A stretch of 54,953 nucleotides of DNA from NCBI GenBank assembly GCA_964622275.1, contig CAZUMX010000002.1, positions 3,247 through 58,199 of the forward strand, in the 5' to 3' direction. Positions 54,601 to 54,953 of the stretch are shown piece after piece. Within the stretch, counting starts at the first letter, position 1. Every line of letters begins with the position of its first letter. The position numbers were made by a program, and so were the translations under genes. The notes under the pieces are model-generated. The model was not told the DNA's origin. It searched no databases and worked only from the letters and a program-made list of their open reading frames with translations. Source of the stretch: an uncultured Candidatus Saccharibacteria bacterium. GTDB lineage: Bacteria; Patescibacteriota; Minisyncoccia; Phycocordibacterales; UBA6899.

Positions 54601-54953
54601 TACGAACGTTGGCACTGCAGGTGCAAGCTACACGTTCGCAGGTGATGCAAATCACTCAGGGTCGTCCGATTCAAAGACCTTCGAAATCACCAAGAAGCCA
54701 ATTACCGTCACAGCTGATGCACAGACGAAAGTCTACGGAAGTGCTGACCCAGCGCTCACCTACATATCTTCTGATCTCTCGGCCCCATTTGTTGGGAATC
54801 TTACACGAGATGCTGGGGAGAACGTCGGTACGTATGCCATCACTCAAGGAACACTTACTGCAGGAGGGAACTATGACATTACGTATGTTGGTGCCGACCT
54901 CTCCATCACCAAAGCCGATGCTGTGGTCTCAGTGAATGGCTACACGGGTGTCT
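54572..54953 (+). CDS. Continuation of the same surface protein in the +1 frame (MBG-domain repeats), open to the window end
   Basis: This frame is open from 54545 to 54953. It reads LTPSADYTDNTNVGTAGASYTFAGDANHSGSSDSKTFEITKKPITVTADAQTKVYGSADPALTY...GENVGTYAITQGTL, which continues the repeat pattern of the upstream frame. Confidence 0.7.

Overview
This is a ~55-kb chromosomal segment read with the standard bacterial code; TGA clearly acts as a stop. Rough hand counts put most genes at about 45-50% GC. Several traits point to a small-genome CPR/Patescibacteria (Parcubacteria-like) bacterium, though this taxonomic call is inference. Those traits are giant surface-protein genes cut by both window edges, orphan membrane-anchored solute-binding proteins, tandem TrbC/VirB2-like small pilin genes, an RNase J with an Arg/Gly-rich extension, tiny intergenic gaps and almost no Shine-Dalgarno sequences. 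Housekeeping genes recognised with confidence are typA, tlyA, corA, rnj, secG, pth, dgkA, rpsA and gyrA. Also recognised are a P-type ATPase, an RND pump with adaptor, TrmH, LOG, CAP, MFS and CDF proteins, and a thioredoxin/DsbB pair. I recognised no rRNA, tRNA or CRISPR array. The most noteworthy accessory content is as follows. (1) A RAYT-type HUH/Y1 transposase, with three copies of a 47-nt near-perfect hairpin (REP-like) bracketing it and a neighbouring secreted-protein gene (6.36-8.01 kb). (2) A seven-gene tandem array of T4SS-pilin-like genes in two subfamilies (32.7-37.4 kb); six appear co-transcribed with a methyltransferase and a solute-binding protein, and no secretion ATPase or channel lies in the window. 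(3) Three GC-richer, self-contained cassettes that, unlike their neighbours, carry GGAG(G)-type (or GGGG) ribosome-binding sites and terminator hairpins. Two of the three also have a TTGACA-type promoter. They are an orphan 356-aa coiled-coil protein (28.2-29.4 kb), an SPFH/band-7-like protein plus a polytopic membrane partner (37.4-39.6 kb), and twin ~83-aa paralogs (48.1-48.9 kb). (4) ORF-free, highly structured regions after gyrA and on both sides of rpsA. (5) A +1 frame break inside the 3' giant surface-protein gene.
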